The notes beneath the pieces were generated by a model. It did not search any database and had not been told where the DNA came from. It saw only the letters and a list, made by a program, of their open reading frames with translations. From positions 62,001 to 126,000 of the forward strand of contig JALDTO010000206.1 in the NCBI GenBank assembly GCA_023515725.1: a DNA stretch of 64,000 nt, in the 5' to 3' direction. Shown here piece after piece: positions 25,415-38,771 of the stretch. Numbering within the stretch: position 1 is the first letter of the stretch; each line of letters starts with the position of its first letter. Position numbers and translations under genes: made by a program. The DNA is from Amoeboaphelidium protococcarum X5. Its lineage: Eukaryota > Fungi > Aphelidiomycota.

Positions 25415-28400
25415 ATGGCTGATCAAGTTGAAACTACAGCTTAAGTCGGGGGAAAGCCCATCAATGAATAAGTTATCTCTGGGTATTAATCTGATGCCGC
25501 ATTGATGGGTGCTATTTTAAATAAAAGAAAGCCATCGTAAATTGATAATACCTCATATATTGGATTGTTCAAGTATGCTGATACACTGGATATATTCTTG
25601 ATGTTCGTCGGGTCTCTATCTGGTATTGCGTATGGTGTTATAAGACCTTTAATCGCTGTCTTCTTGGGTGGTGTTGTCAATGCTCTACTTGAATACGCCC
25701 GGGTCAAGCATCTGGTCAGTATTGGCGTTCCTGTACCATAGCAGTAGGTTGATGACACTAATGCGCGCGCAAAGTCTGAAATTATGTACAATATTCTGCT
25801 TTCTATCTATGTTTCCATAGGTGCTTTAGTGTCTGTGTATAGTATGCAAGCTTGTTGGGCAGTTTCGGGATAGAGATAGGCTTATCGGGTGAGACGCTTG
25901 TTTTTAAAATCGATTCTGTCTCGGGATGTTTAGTTCTTTGATGAGCATGATGTTGGAGAGCTTACCACGCGTCTTAGTTCAGATACTACTCTGTTCCAGG
26001 AAGGCATTAGTGAGAAGTGGTCGCTTTCATTGGCAAATGGCACGACTTTTTTTGCTGGCTTTATCATTGCTGGTATTAAGTGTTAACTATTGTCTGTGAT
26101 TCTCATATTTGGTATAATACCTGTAGTACTTGGATGTACTTATTATGCAGCTGATTCTTTTTTGAACAGTCATTAAAATTATTTAGAATCTTATTATGGA
26201 GCTGGCGCGGTGGCTCAGGAGACTCTGACTAATATCAAGACGGTCGCCGCTTTCAATGCCCAAGAAAGATCTATCAAAGAGTTTAGCACAATGTTGGATA
26301 CTGTTCTCAAGACTGGGGTAATTAGATCATGGAAAATTGGGTTATTGCTCGGTGTATTTTTTGGTACGCTGATCGGTGTGTACACTTTCGCGTTCTGGTT
26401 TGGCGGTGACATGGTGGGAAGAGGGGAGATATAAGGCGGTGATGTGTTGACTGTACTCTTCGTTATCATAATATCTGCTCTTCAGATTTACAACGCTGGA
26501 ACAGCGTTACAAGTTATTAAAGACGGCCGGGAGGTTGCTTAAAAGTTGTTTGAAATTATTGAGTCTAAGCCGGCGATTTACACTGGGGATGATGATGGCT
26601 ATTCATTTGGTTTGGAACCTAAATCCTTGAAGGGTGATATTGAATTTAAATCTGTAACATTTAGCTATCCTTCAAGAAAGAACCAGGTGGTGTTGAAAGA
26701 TTACAGTTTGAAGGTTGATGCTGGTAAGACTGTCGCTCTGGTTGGCTTTAGTGGATCAGGCAAGAGTACCATCATCCAGTTGCTTGAGAGGTTCTACGAC
26801 GTGTTTGAGGGAGGTGTTTATGTTGATGGTGTTAATGTAAAGGACTTGAATCTTTCCTGGTTGCGTAATAATATTGCTCTCGTGTCGCAAGAGCCAATTC
26901 TGTTTGATTTGACCATTGAGGAGAATGTCCGTCTTGGTGCATTGAAAGATTAGAATATCAGTGAAGAGGATGTAATATCTGCATGTAAGTCTGCCAATTG
27001 TCACGATTTCATCATGAAGTTGCCTTAAAAGTATCAGACTCGTGTCGGTGAGAAGGGGTCTCTTCTTAGTGGTGGATAGAGACAGAGAATTTGTATCGCG
27101 AGAAGTATTATTAAGAAGCCAAAGATTTTATTGGCGGACGAAGCTACTTCTGCTCTTGATACCGAAAGTGAGCGTATTATTCAGGCTGCTCTGGAAAAGG
27201 TGTCTGAGCACTGTACCACCATCATTATTGCTCACAGATTGAGTACTATTAAGAATGCTGATTAGATCGTGGTCATGGAATCTGGCAAGATTGTGGAGAC
27301 TGGTACTCACAATGACCTCATTCAATCTGATGGCAAGTACGCTGCTCTGGTCAAAGCTTAAGAGTTAAAGACTAAAAAGGGTGATCGTGCCACTTCTGAA
27401 AGCGATTAGGATAATATTGTCGCAGATGGCTCTGTAGCGGCCCAGTAAGGTCATGCTGTAATCGCCATTGAGCATTAAGACGGTAGTAAAGGCGTGGATG
27501 TAGTAAAGGAGCTCACAGATGAAGAGAAGGAGAAGAAGGAGATTGCCAAGGCATTGAAGGAGAACAAAACTCCGCTCTGGAGCGTTCTTAAAATGCAAAA
27601 GGAAGATTGGCCGTTTATACTCGTAGGTGTCGTGTCTGCTGGTATCAATGGTGCTTGCCTACCTCTTTGTGGGCTTATAATGGGCGAGTTTATGAACGTT
27701 TTTAGCTAAAGTGATCAGGAATTATACTTGTCAAACTATATTTAAAGAAGGACATAGTTTATAAAAGGATTAAATCTGTGGAGCTCAGTATTTGCCTGCC
27801 TTTTGGTTGTTTAGTTCTTTGTCAACTTTGGACAATTTGCGTGCTTTGGTATTGCCGGCTAGAGAATGACTAATAAGGTGAGATTAAAGACATTTAGTGC
27901 CTTGTTGAGATAGGAAATTGCATTCTTTGATGATAAAGTTAATGGATTAGATGCTCTCACTGCTAGATTGAGTCTTTAAGCTGACCAAATCCCTGATTTA
28001 ACCCGGTTTATATTTGAATAAGTAGTGCATATGGTTGTTGCTGTAGGAGTCGCAGTGGCAGTATCTTTTTACATTTCATGGAAGATGACTTTGATTGTGC
28101 TGGCTTTCATCCCGATGATTATATTCGCTAATATTTTAGGAAATAGAGTAAGTGTTGATGTTGGCGAACGTGTATGTAATGGCAAATTAGCTTATGCCCT
28201 TGCCAGTCAGACAGCGTGTTTAGCAATCTAGAACATTCGCACAGTAAAGAGTTTACTTCGTGAAGAGACGTTTGTAATTGAGTATTTGGCGGCAATAGAA
28301 ATCCCGTATAAGACTGGTCTAAAAAGAGCCCAATTCGACTCGATTTCTTATGCATTCTCGTAGGCTGCATTATTCTGGGTGTACTCGCTTACGTTCTATT

Positions 28401-29356
28401 TTGGTTTCCTACTTATAGAAGCGAATCAGCTAGATGTCGGATAGCTACTGAAAGTTATGTTCATCATTGTTTTTAGTGTCCTAACAATCGATTTCACCTC
28501 TCCTTTATATCCGGATATAAAAGAGGCTAAGTTTGCATCTATACAATTCTTCCAACTGCTTGATCGTCAGCCTGTGAGTGATTCGTTCTCACTCAAGGGC
28601 GTTGAAATCACTGACGTATTAGGTGAAATTAAGTTGGAGGATGTCGATTTTACCTATCCTAAGCGTCCAAAGTAGCAGATTCTGAAGAAGGTGTCATTGA
28701 AAGTTTAAGCGGGTTAGCATATCGGTATTTGTGGTAGTAGTGGATCTGGAAAGTCGACTATCATCTAGTTGATTTAGCGTTTCTATGATCCTCAGTCCGG
28801 CGTTGTATCTGTCGAACGTCTAGATGTTAAGAAGTGGATCATTGGAGACTTGAGACGTTAGATTTCAATTGTCAGCCAGGAGCCAATTTTGTTCATTGGA
28901 ACCATTGCTAAGAACATTGCCTATGGTAGACCGGATGCTTCCAAGGAAGAGATCATTCAGGTTGCTAAATAGGCCAACATTCACGATTTCATCTCCAGTC
29001 TACCTGATTAATACGATACTGAAGTTACAAATTCACAGATGAGTGGTGGTCAGAAATAGCTAATCTGTATCGCCAGAGCGCTGCTTTGTCAACCTAAAAT
29101 TCTTATTCTGGATGAGTCTACATCTGCATTGGATTCAGAATCCGAAAAGTTGGTGTAACAGGCTCTGAATGAAGCCATTGTAGGTAGAACTTGTATCACC
29201 ATCGCTGGTCGTCTGTCCACCATTCAGAATTGTGATTTGATTTTGGTAATGCATGATGGTGAGGTTGTCGAGAGAGGAACTCACGATGAACTTCTTGCTT
29301 AAAACGGTCTATACGCGACGTTGATCAGCGAGCAAAATTTGAATGGTGTTAATTGA
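25415..29356 (+). CDS. Full-length ABCB transporter, copy B (inverted paralog of copy A)
   Basis: Same MADQVET start and architecture (1313 aa); NBD1 nearly identical to copy A; NBD2 has MSGGQKQL and IAGRLST. Confidence 0.95.
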
Positions 29357-29845
29357 TTTTAGTTGAAATAATTACAAGGCTATAACTAAAAAGCGCGAAA
29401 ATTATATTTCATCAGTGTCACGGCTAAACTTGACAACAATAGTCTTTTAATTTTATTTTAAAATTTTAGCATGATCATTATAGATGATCAAGTGGAATGG
29501 ATGCAAGAAGAGTTGTCCAGGTGCGGTCGAAACACTGAACTCGCTGACTAATCAATCAGTAACACTTATGCTGATGCCCGCAAGGTTAGTGGTCTAAATC
29601 TTTTCATTTAGATGGGACCATGAGATTACCAGCTTGTGATTCGGCTCCTTATAAAAATAAAATTATTATCATTATTGATTTTATCTTAAAATAGTGATAG
29701 TGGTCACATGCAACGGCCTCCACTGCTGAATCTGTTGTTAAATAGTCTGCGATCTTTCATTTCATCATTCAAATTTTCGTTCTTTTCAGCGCGCGAAAGA
29801 TCTCGGAAATACCTTACTAAATAGTTTTCATAGTGGTAATCGCAA

Positions 29846-30664
29846 ATGTCTGCAGATTATTTAAATATGAATTCAAACGATAGCTAGGATAAGTACGACT
29901 CCGCACACCTAGGCGATGACGAAAGTGGGGATTTTATGGAAATGAAAGTGCCAGAGTATTAGCCTGATGAGAGCTCGTATGGATCTAATGAACAGAAGGA
30001 TTATGATCAGGAGTATACACCGTACACGATATCATCAGTGCTGGCCAATGCTAATCGCGTCGGATAATCATCATCATCATCGGGAGCATCAGGAATCTCT
30101 TCGCCAAACACTGCAATGACCCCGGTGAGTAGTTATGGTGGCGTTGATTATCTGTTCATGGATGAGCACAAGAAGCGCGGTGAGCGAGGATTCAATGAGA
30201 AGCTTTGTTATAACACCGGCACTCTGTATGGAGTCGGCCTAACCGCAGGTGGTGCATGGGGCGCTTATGAAGGTGTCAAGTCATTGCTAAAGAATGGTGG
30301 TTAGAATGCTGGTGGTATCGCGTCCGCCGCCATGGCTTAATCTGCTTCATCGACTGCACCACCAATGTCTAGTAAGCTCAAGTTGAACACGGTATTGAAT
30401 AGCGTAACGCGACGTGGGCCACAGTTTGGAAATCAGGCTGGTGTTCTTACGCTGATGTTCACTATGAGCGAGCATTTATTAGGCAAGATGTTATTCGGTG
30501 AAAGTGCAAACGCGCAAATCTTGAATAATACCATCAGTGGAGTCGTGGCTGGTGTTTTGTACAAAAGCTCATCTGGTCTGCCTGTGGCTCTGAGAACTGG
30601 CGGTGTATTAGGTGCTTTCGCTGGTATTGGTAGTGCCATTTATCAAATTGCCTTTTCCTCTTGA
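29846..30664 (+). CDS. TIM23: Mitochondrial inner-membrane translocase Tim23
   Basis: Acidic N-terminus, VDYLF, RGFNEKLCYNTGTLYGVGL, KLKLNTVLNSVTRRGP..GNQAG, GVLYKSSSG. Confidence 0.92.
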
Positions 30665-30802
30665 TGGATTCCACTTGATATAAGTGGTGGTGTATCGCAT
30701 CAATGATTAAAATGTGATAGAATAAAGATTAAGTTTAGAGATACGCTAGAAAACATACTTACTTGTACTGCTAACAATATAGTAGGTTCTTTACTGTAAA
30801 TA

Positions 30803-31812
30803 TCATTTCTCAATGTCATCGGATTTCTGGCCCCATTCAGACCAACTGCCATCGTAGATGGACAAGCTCTCAAACCCAGATAGTTCTGCGGCGACGTACA
30901 GCACTGCAGCAGTAACTCCACTTCCTACACGCTATGACTTATCAATTCATCGCTTAATGTATTAAAGGCTTAAATAATGAGAGAATACCGCAAGTCATGG
31001 TGGTGGGTAATCGCTTGTCAAATTGTAACTTGGACCAGTACTCGTTGAGTTGCTCCACAGATTTCAAAGTACGATCTTATTCATTGAATAGCTCAATGTA
31101 CGGTAAATTCTTGGATAGTGGGATATGTCCACTCTTCATACCAGGCCTAGGTTCTACAACATCTCCGTTGAATCGCGCTTAGGCTCTGGCATCAAGCAGC
31201 TGGATCTTCAGCTTCCCTTCGCGTCCGTCTTAAATCATGGTGGTAATCTGAGAATAATCCTTGACTAGTTGCGGGTTAAACTTGGCCTTATACCGAGCGG
31301 GTGTAAACTTCGGTTCATCAACACTACTTTCTACCTGGCCCCCATCTTTGAGCCACTTGAGAATACCACCGTCAAGAATAGATACACGCTCATGGCCGAA
31401 TACTTTGAAGGTCCAATATACTCTGTAGGAACTAAACACGCCAGAGTTATCATATAAAACTACATGATCATCAGTTCCAATACCAAGTTGAGACATTTCT
31501 TCGCTAAATTGATTAGCAGGTGGCAGCATATGAGGAAGCGGATTGTTATGATCACTCACCTCTTCCACGTCGAAGAACCTTGCATTCTACACATACTTAC
31601 ATAAAAATCACGACCAATATGTATTATCACGGTATATAATGATCGCTGAAGTAACAGGTTACAGGCAAATGGCAATCCAAGTAGTCTTGAAAAGCAGAAG
31701 GGGTCTGCGCCATTGGCATTCTCCATGTTGCATCCACAGGGATGATTTTGGTTATATTTGACTTGCACCACTAAGTAGAGACCAGCGCTGGTACTTTAAC
31801 AGCTGAGCTCAT
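30803..31812 (-). CDS. TUM1: 3-mercaptopyruvate/thiosulfate sulfurtransferase (tandem rhodanese), two introns
   Basis: After splicing: DATWRMP..HLP/NARFFD, PHMLP, ILDGG, DAR, GHIP, TCG/SGVTA (active-site loop), YDGSWSEW. Confidence 0.9.
30925..30988 (-). other. Spliceosomal intron 2 of TUM1 (64 nt)
   Basis: GTATTC..GTGTAG; removal rebuilds CGSGVTA and restores the frame. Confidence 0.88.
31587..31662 (-). other. Spliceosomal intron 1 of TUM1 (76 nt)
   Basis: GTAACC..GTGTAG; removal joins HLP to NARFFD and restores the frame. Confidence 0.85.
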
Positions 31813-32031
31813 CAGTCTTCTCGCGGAATTTCCCAATATTTGTTGTGGTATCATTAAGCCCTTTCTCTTTGAGCTGTACTGTGATATGATTGATCAACTC
31901 CTTAGTAAAAACGTAAGGCAATCGCAACTTAACTCAAAACAAGTTTTTAAACTCACTACAGTTGATTTTAAAAATACTCAATTAAAATATATCATTTAGA
32001 ATATATATTTTAATTACTCTTTTATAAAATG

Positions 32032-35000
32032 TCACGATTATTGTTCTACTCCATTGGCAATGTTGATAATCTGTTGAGCCAGCTACTACTCTTCAGCGGT
32101 GAGAGCGGTAGTCATCGCTGCGTAGTACTATTACTACTAACCAGATTATGATGATGATAGGGTGAGCATAGTGTTCTTAAACTTTTCATGAACATTCACC
32201 TCATCTAGAGGGGTAGAAAAGAAAGCGTCTTCACCCAGCTACTAACTCCAGTCCTCATCCAAATCATCAAGATCGTTATCACCAGCTCCACCATCCGCAG
32301 CCTGCTTCTGTGCCAAGTACTGAAGATAATTCGATCCATCCTCGTCATCAACATCTCCATCCTGATCAAAGTCGACATATTCCGATTGAGGATGGAAGTC
32401 TGCATCATCCTCATCATCATCGTCGTCATCCTCTGAATAATCTTGATCATATCCGCCATCATTTACAAACTCATCCTCCAGCTCTTGTCTTATTTGAAGA
32501 GCTTCTGGCAAAGTCTTGAAGCATTACAACAACAGCTTCATCAACTGGCTTGATATCTACACGTTAGAGCATAGCACCTAACAGCTGACCGGGTTGTTCA
32601 TGCACTCCAGCAAAGACATGATAGTGAGCTTCTTATCATGAACACGCGTCAATTTAGCACCCATCTGGATCCATAAATGCAAGAAATTCTCCACCTGATT
32701 TTCTTGAACTAATAGCTGTGAAGTCAACTGCGGATTATACCACAAGCAATTAACAACACCTTCCAATGCGTGGACCTTATAAGCTAGTCCGCATGGATTG
32801 CCCAACTGCTGGAATGACAATTACAGAATTTAAGGTACAAACCGGTCTAAAGCACCTCGGCAATGCATCAACAGAGACTCAAAAAGTCTGAAGCCATGCA
32901 CACGCTCATCTTCCATATCCAGCTGAGTGATCATAAACCGTCCCAAATCAACCAATTGCTCCTGTAACTGAGGATGGGACATCACAACACTACTACCATA
33001 CGATACGTAATTGTCCAGTACTGGATAGATCTCTTCACTAAAATCTGAGCCAGAGAGTTTCAAAACACCAACCACACCATCAAATAACTACCACAAATTC
33101 TACGATATCGATTTCTACTAGTACTGCAGAGAGTCGAACAATTCAAACGCGTCGTCATACATTTCCACAACCTCTTTCTGCAATACAAAAGCCAGACATG
33201 GAATGCATGCCAGCTCCAGGCTGTTCAGTAACTACAACTACTTTTCGTGCAATTGCGCATCTTCCTGCTTAATTTGAACAGAAAGTACCAGGGTGGAGAT
33301 GGTCTTCAGTACGCCCATAGCTGCCATCACACGCTCAGAGAACATACCAGTCAGAAAGTCCTAATCATCGTCCTCTTTACCAGCTGATGCCTCACGTTCT
33401 TGCATCGTCTCTTCCATCATACGAATAAAAGTCTAAGACAGCTATTGGCACAATTGAACAGAGAACGGAGTCACCTGCTCAGGATAAATCTCTACCAATC
33501 TCTCAAGAATGGCAGTCAACACCTCAAGATCAACCTCATTAGTTAACTAAAGTAGAGATTGCATAATATGACCCACAAACTGAGCAGCGTGGTCACGTAC
33601 ATCCCCGCGTTCAATGGTCATGCCCATAAGGAGAGATGCACAGACACGCACCGGTAGTACCTACTGCTGGTCCATCAAATGTACAGCTTTTTGCAGAATC
33701 AAGAACCATCCACTCTACTCGCTCTAACCAGGCGCCACAATTTTAAGCATTTCATTCTGATCCACCTCCGCAAAATCTCTCAGCACCGATGCTGCCTGCA
33801 ACTTCAAATGAACCTCATTAGACTCCAGTAAAGGAACAACAAAAGAGGACAATACTTGGGACAACTGATCTGCAGGTACAGGCGACTTTTTAGTCAGTAA
33901 TAATTTGTTCAGGGCCGCAAGTATTGCCAACGCACCATAAATCTGTTGGGATGCACCAGCCTAGTTACTTAGAATATGATTGATAAATTGCAATACGGAT
34001 GGGAAGATCTATTTGCGGTCTTTGCATAGACTGACAATGAACTACACCGCGGCATTAGAAGGATTATTATAGTCCTCCATGGCATCAAGCTTCTTAGTGA
34101 TAAATTCCACGGGCTCATCTTCAAGAAGCTCAGCATCTGAGGCTTTAAAGCAAGTCTGAGGGAAAACAAATTCAGTCATAAGACGATCCACGCTGTCTTT
34201 GAGGATATTCCACGTCGTTGCTGGTTTTATACAATCAGCCAGCAGATTGAGCACCAAGAATAGAATTCGATCAGGAACATTGAAATGAGGAGCCATCGCA
34301 AAAGCTTGCTTGATAACGGACTGTACCATCCCAGGTACATATTTCTCCATTAATCTTTTACTAAAAGCGCGATACGCCTTGTTATCTGTATGTGATGAAG
34401 GCATGACATTACAATATCTAGAGTAGATCTTTGATATGCAATGGTATGCCCATTTCTGAGCCTTGAACCAAGGATACTGCCTCAAATCTTCTTTATCATT
34501 AGAGCCGGGTGGTGGAATTTACTTATCAATCACAGTAATGAATAAAGTGAGCCACTACGAAATTGATTGATCTTCTTGTAATGCCTTTGGATAATCATAC
34601 TAGATCGCCATGAAATAAGTCTTAAGCACAATCTTTAGCATAACAGCCGCTTCGGTACTCTACTGGCCAACTAGCTACTGCGCCAGTTACAGCAATGGCT
34701 AGAATGCAGTCTTAACCAGCTAATTAAGAGGAAACCGCTTCTCCTTGCTACACCAGCGATATTTGCGAGCAATCTATTAAATGGCTAGAAGAGCCGCGTG
34801 AACACATCGCTAATCCGAAGAATTATCCATCAATAAGCTGCCAGCCTGCTGCAATAGAACATCATACTTCTCGGGATAATCTTCCTCCACAATAAAGCCA
34901 AGAGCTTAACACAACTAACTCTGCATCTAAGGAGGAGACTGAACAATTACATTCAATAAAGAATCCTCGATAATCTACTTGTCATTATCGAATTAGCCAA

Positions 35001-35226
35001 GCTAGTCCCCAGCCAAATCCCAGCATCTCTTTACCCAATTCTTGAACCAGACAGCTGCTGATTAACGCGTCCCAAAATCCAAATCACTCTGAGATATCAA
35101 CTGCAAGACTTACGATGGAAATCCAGATTTCTAAGAGCATTCTTTCAACTAGATCTCCGCCTGGATTCTCTCCTAATTCTAAGGTGATATACTAAGCTAA
35201 AATAACTAAGCCACTGAATGTTGCAT
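32032..35226 (-). CDS. NMD5: Importin-7/8 family karyopherin
   Basis: IBN_N region QAEIQLK..RQSAAVWFKNWV, EDYPE, PWFKAQKWAY, EDEPVEFI, RVHDKKL, acidic C-terminal tract. Confidence 0.88.
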
Positions 35227-35620
35227 ACTTTAATTATTTATTCCAGGTGACTGAGACGATAGCATATTCCACTACCAAAAGGGAATAAAACTCAGAATAT
35301 CGAAATAAGACAAAGAGGGAGGAACAATGGCAAGGGAGAGAAATTGATGAATTTTCTCGCGATCGTTTCGCTAACCGAAGCTGTCTTTGTGTTGGGTATT
35401 CCCTCATCTTTGATTAAGTGTAGCTGCTGCTTATCTTTTCATCGTATGGTTAATGTAAGAGCCATCACTTTGTCAAATTTTTGTAGTACTTAATAGTTAC
35501 TAATCACTTTATAGTAAGTCAAATAAAAGGGCGAAAATTGCTTTTAAACATTTGATTAGGTTATACAATATGACTGATTATGCTTCGTATGAGAGAGTGA
35601 GAGGTACTATCAGAGGAACC

Positions 35621-36280
35621 TCAGAATGAGACAGAACTACCAACATGAGACAGCAGCATTCTCTTGAATTAGATAACAGTGCCCTGATTCGATACGGGAA
35701 TTCCATAAAAACGCAAATACGCGATAAGTGCATCGCGATTCAAATCATTTACCATAGCTGTGCTAGTAATTGCACGGAGATTGCGTTAAGATGGGACCAT
35801 TAAAGCGTTTTCACTAGCTGCATCCACTTTTGGAACTTCAACAAACGCGACTAAAGCTCCATCACCACGCGTATTATTCGTGAGCTGTTTCTGAGAAATG
35901 ATCACTTCGCCGATCTGATGTTTCAGGTTCGTTTCAGAATCTCGAACGTCTCTGTGGACAGCTTGCAATTGACGGGGCAATTACAGTATAGGGACAGCCC
36001 ACTCAGGAGCTCTTGCAACATTGGGATTCACAGCAGGATATAGCATTCTGGCAACTTAATGCTCAACTAAATGAGCTCGTACTTTTGACTGAACGACCGC
36101 GTTTTCATCAATTTCTCCCATGTGTCTCTTCAGTTTCACGGCTTTGACATCATTGGAGGCACCAATGGCGTTCTGGATTTAAACAACATCTCCCTAAACT
36201 ATGGGATTGGCAGCATCCACTCCTTCAATGTCCAATGCAGGAATATCAGAGGTATAGCGAACTAATAGATTTTCAGCCAT
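35621..36280 (-). CDS. Mug135/DUF1773-like fungal protein
   Basis: APEWA, coiled segment, NNTRGDG..FVEVP, LIAYLRFYGI..LLSHVG C-terminal pattern. Confidence 0.6.
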
Positions 36281-36904
36281 AATCAATGTTGTACAGTAAA
36301 ATGAGATCGCGAGTTTGTTTCGTGTGAAAGAAAAGAAGGAAACGAACTATACTGTAGGAACATGAATGAATAAAGCGTTGCTAAAATGGGTTTCAAATAT
36401 TGACTCTGCCGCGGCATCTGTTACAAAGACTTCGTATAAGGACGAGCACATTAATTTCAAAAATTTTATTTAACGCTCTTAAAACATTAAATTTCTCAAC
36501 GTCCTCTGCAGTAGTCACAGCATGACACATGGTGACAGATTCAACGCGTTGCAAGGGACTAGCACGTTCCAGGTAGAATAAACACGTCCTTTCATGATCG
36601 TGCGTGATTAATGTGCTGTACAACTCCAAAAATATACCATCGATTATTATATATATTTTTTATCGTGTCAATTTGGACAAGAGTGGTTGGACGTATGGTA
36701 GTGTATTTTATACGTATCAGAGAATCTTCAGCTTCTTGAGAACGCGTCACTGGTTGATACGCATTAACGCGTGAAGGAATTACTCCAGAAGGACGTTTTA
36801 GTAACAACGCTCATCACAGTATTTGTGACTTTTGAAAGTAGTGAAGAGATAAATAAGTAAAAATCAAGTTACCATCAATCAATATACAAACTCACATCTT
36901 CAAT

Positions 36905-38332
36905 TCACGCTTAAACAGTTACATTGTTGTGACCAGGACCTTGATTGATGCGCATAAACGACTGTAATATACGAACTAGATCCATATTTCGGTGTGCGTC
37001 ATGCGGACTATTTAGAAGACCCCACTATTCTTCAAAATCTAGCTTTTCTTCTCTAACGTAGTAATGTCCATTTAACACCCAATAACCAAAATCAACGTCG
37101 CGCTCATTCATCCAGCCAGAGAGACACTTTAACCAAGACAAGTCTGGAGAATTCGGTTTATTGATATCCAATTTCTCAACATGGACACCAAACTCGGACA
37201 GCCAAATAGGATTGGTATACTGATCATTAGGTTCATCAATAATGAAACCAACACGACTGTTCAAGAACCAGTGCATGTAATGACACGTGAGTTTATAGCC
37301 AAACAATCTCCACAGCGGATATATATAAATCTGATTATAATAATGAAACTCATACACTATTTGCTTTCTAATTGGATTGTCAATTGTGAATAACGCTTGA
37401 TCCTTCAAATTTTTAAGATAAGATGCAGATGACAGCCCACCAACGACAATAAGCAAATCAGGATTGACTTAATGAACAGCCTAAGCAGCTAGCCTCATAT
37501 ACTTGAACCAATCCTCTTCCTATGATTTACCAAATTTAAATGAATGCACCTCATTTCGCAGACCAATACCGATGATATGATTCCACTCTGGACGTGATGC
37601 CTCTTCAGCCATTTAGATAAGTGATAGAAGCCAAGGATTAGCTGGAAACATAACCTCTTGCTCGGAATTGCCTTATAAAGAGAATCGCGATTTAGTGCTG
37701 GTGGAAGGTGCGGAGGAGGATTAAATTAGATTCAAAGAGTCACGATCCCACCAACGATTATCATCCAACAGACCACAACACCAAGTTGCGCGACTCACAT
37801 GATTATCCAGCACTACCATCAAATTGTTCTATTTCAGTAAATCCATAGTTGCCTTAAATACATCATAAACTGTCGCGTTCACAAACTCTGGATGCAAATG
37901 ATACAGTCTCTCACGAGTATACTAGGAGAGATATTTTTGCAAGCGCGCATCAATAGGATGATCAAATTTCTCAATCATCTCCACACTCATTGTAAATCTG
38001 ACGCAATTAAAGCCCATCTCTACCATTTTCTCCATCAGTACGTGCAGCGGCTGGTCTCCCATTCCCTCCGGAATCAGAGCCTCCATATGACTAGCAAAAT
38101 TAACACAGGCCAATTTGACGCGTTTACCAGTCTAATCTATTATCCAGCGACCTTGTGTGGTCATTGGCATTTACACGTCATCCAGGGCTCGAAGGGGCGC
38201 GCCAGTGTCCACGTCTTCAGACTGCAGTAATGTGTTATGGGCAAATGGTTTAAACACTGAATCTCTAAATGTACCTTTGCCCGCTTGATATACCAGATAG
38301 AAGATTGACAAAAATAGAGTTGTGAAGTACAT
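36905..38332 (-). CDS. Secreted glycoside hydrolase family 5
   Basis: Hydrophobic N-terminus; GRWIID..GKRVKLACVN..H..EG, VLDNHVS..WCC, GLRNE (acid/base), EFHYY, WLSEFG (nucleophile), YW. Confidence 0.88.
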
Positions 38333-38771
38333 GGATTCAGGAGGATTTATAGAAGAGGAATATAAATTAAATTTCTTAAAGTGATGCAATTTCAGAAACG
38401 AAAGAGGAATGACAAAATTGTGGCGTTTTAGTAAGCTGATCGCGCGTGAGTGAATCGTTCTAAATATAGCAACACTCTTTGGATGCATGAAGGCTGATGT
38501 TGCTAAAAATACACTCACCCTGTTGACGAGTCACATTTTTACTGTATTACTGAACAAATTAGCCATCACACGCGCTTTGAAGTTCTAAAAAAGGGATACT
38601 TATAGAAATTACGTCAACACTTTGTTTATTAAAGAATCGCTTCGACTCTTTCCCCGTTCTTTGATTACTAATCGACGACCATTGAATGACCTTACCATCC
38701 TTAATCTGTTTGAAATGTCGATCTAGTTCAGACAACTGTCATTAACGCATTAGTAGAGATTATAAAGCTAA

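Noticed and set aside
29471-29623. 50-aa ORF after ABCB copy B, and similar short table-6 ORFs near 36522 and 61800-61970
   Set aside because: With a single stop codon, ORFs of this size arise by chance; no motifs.
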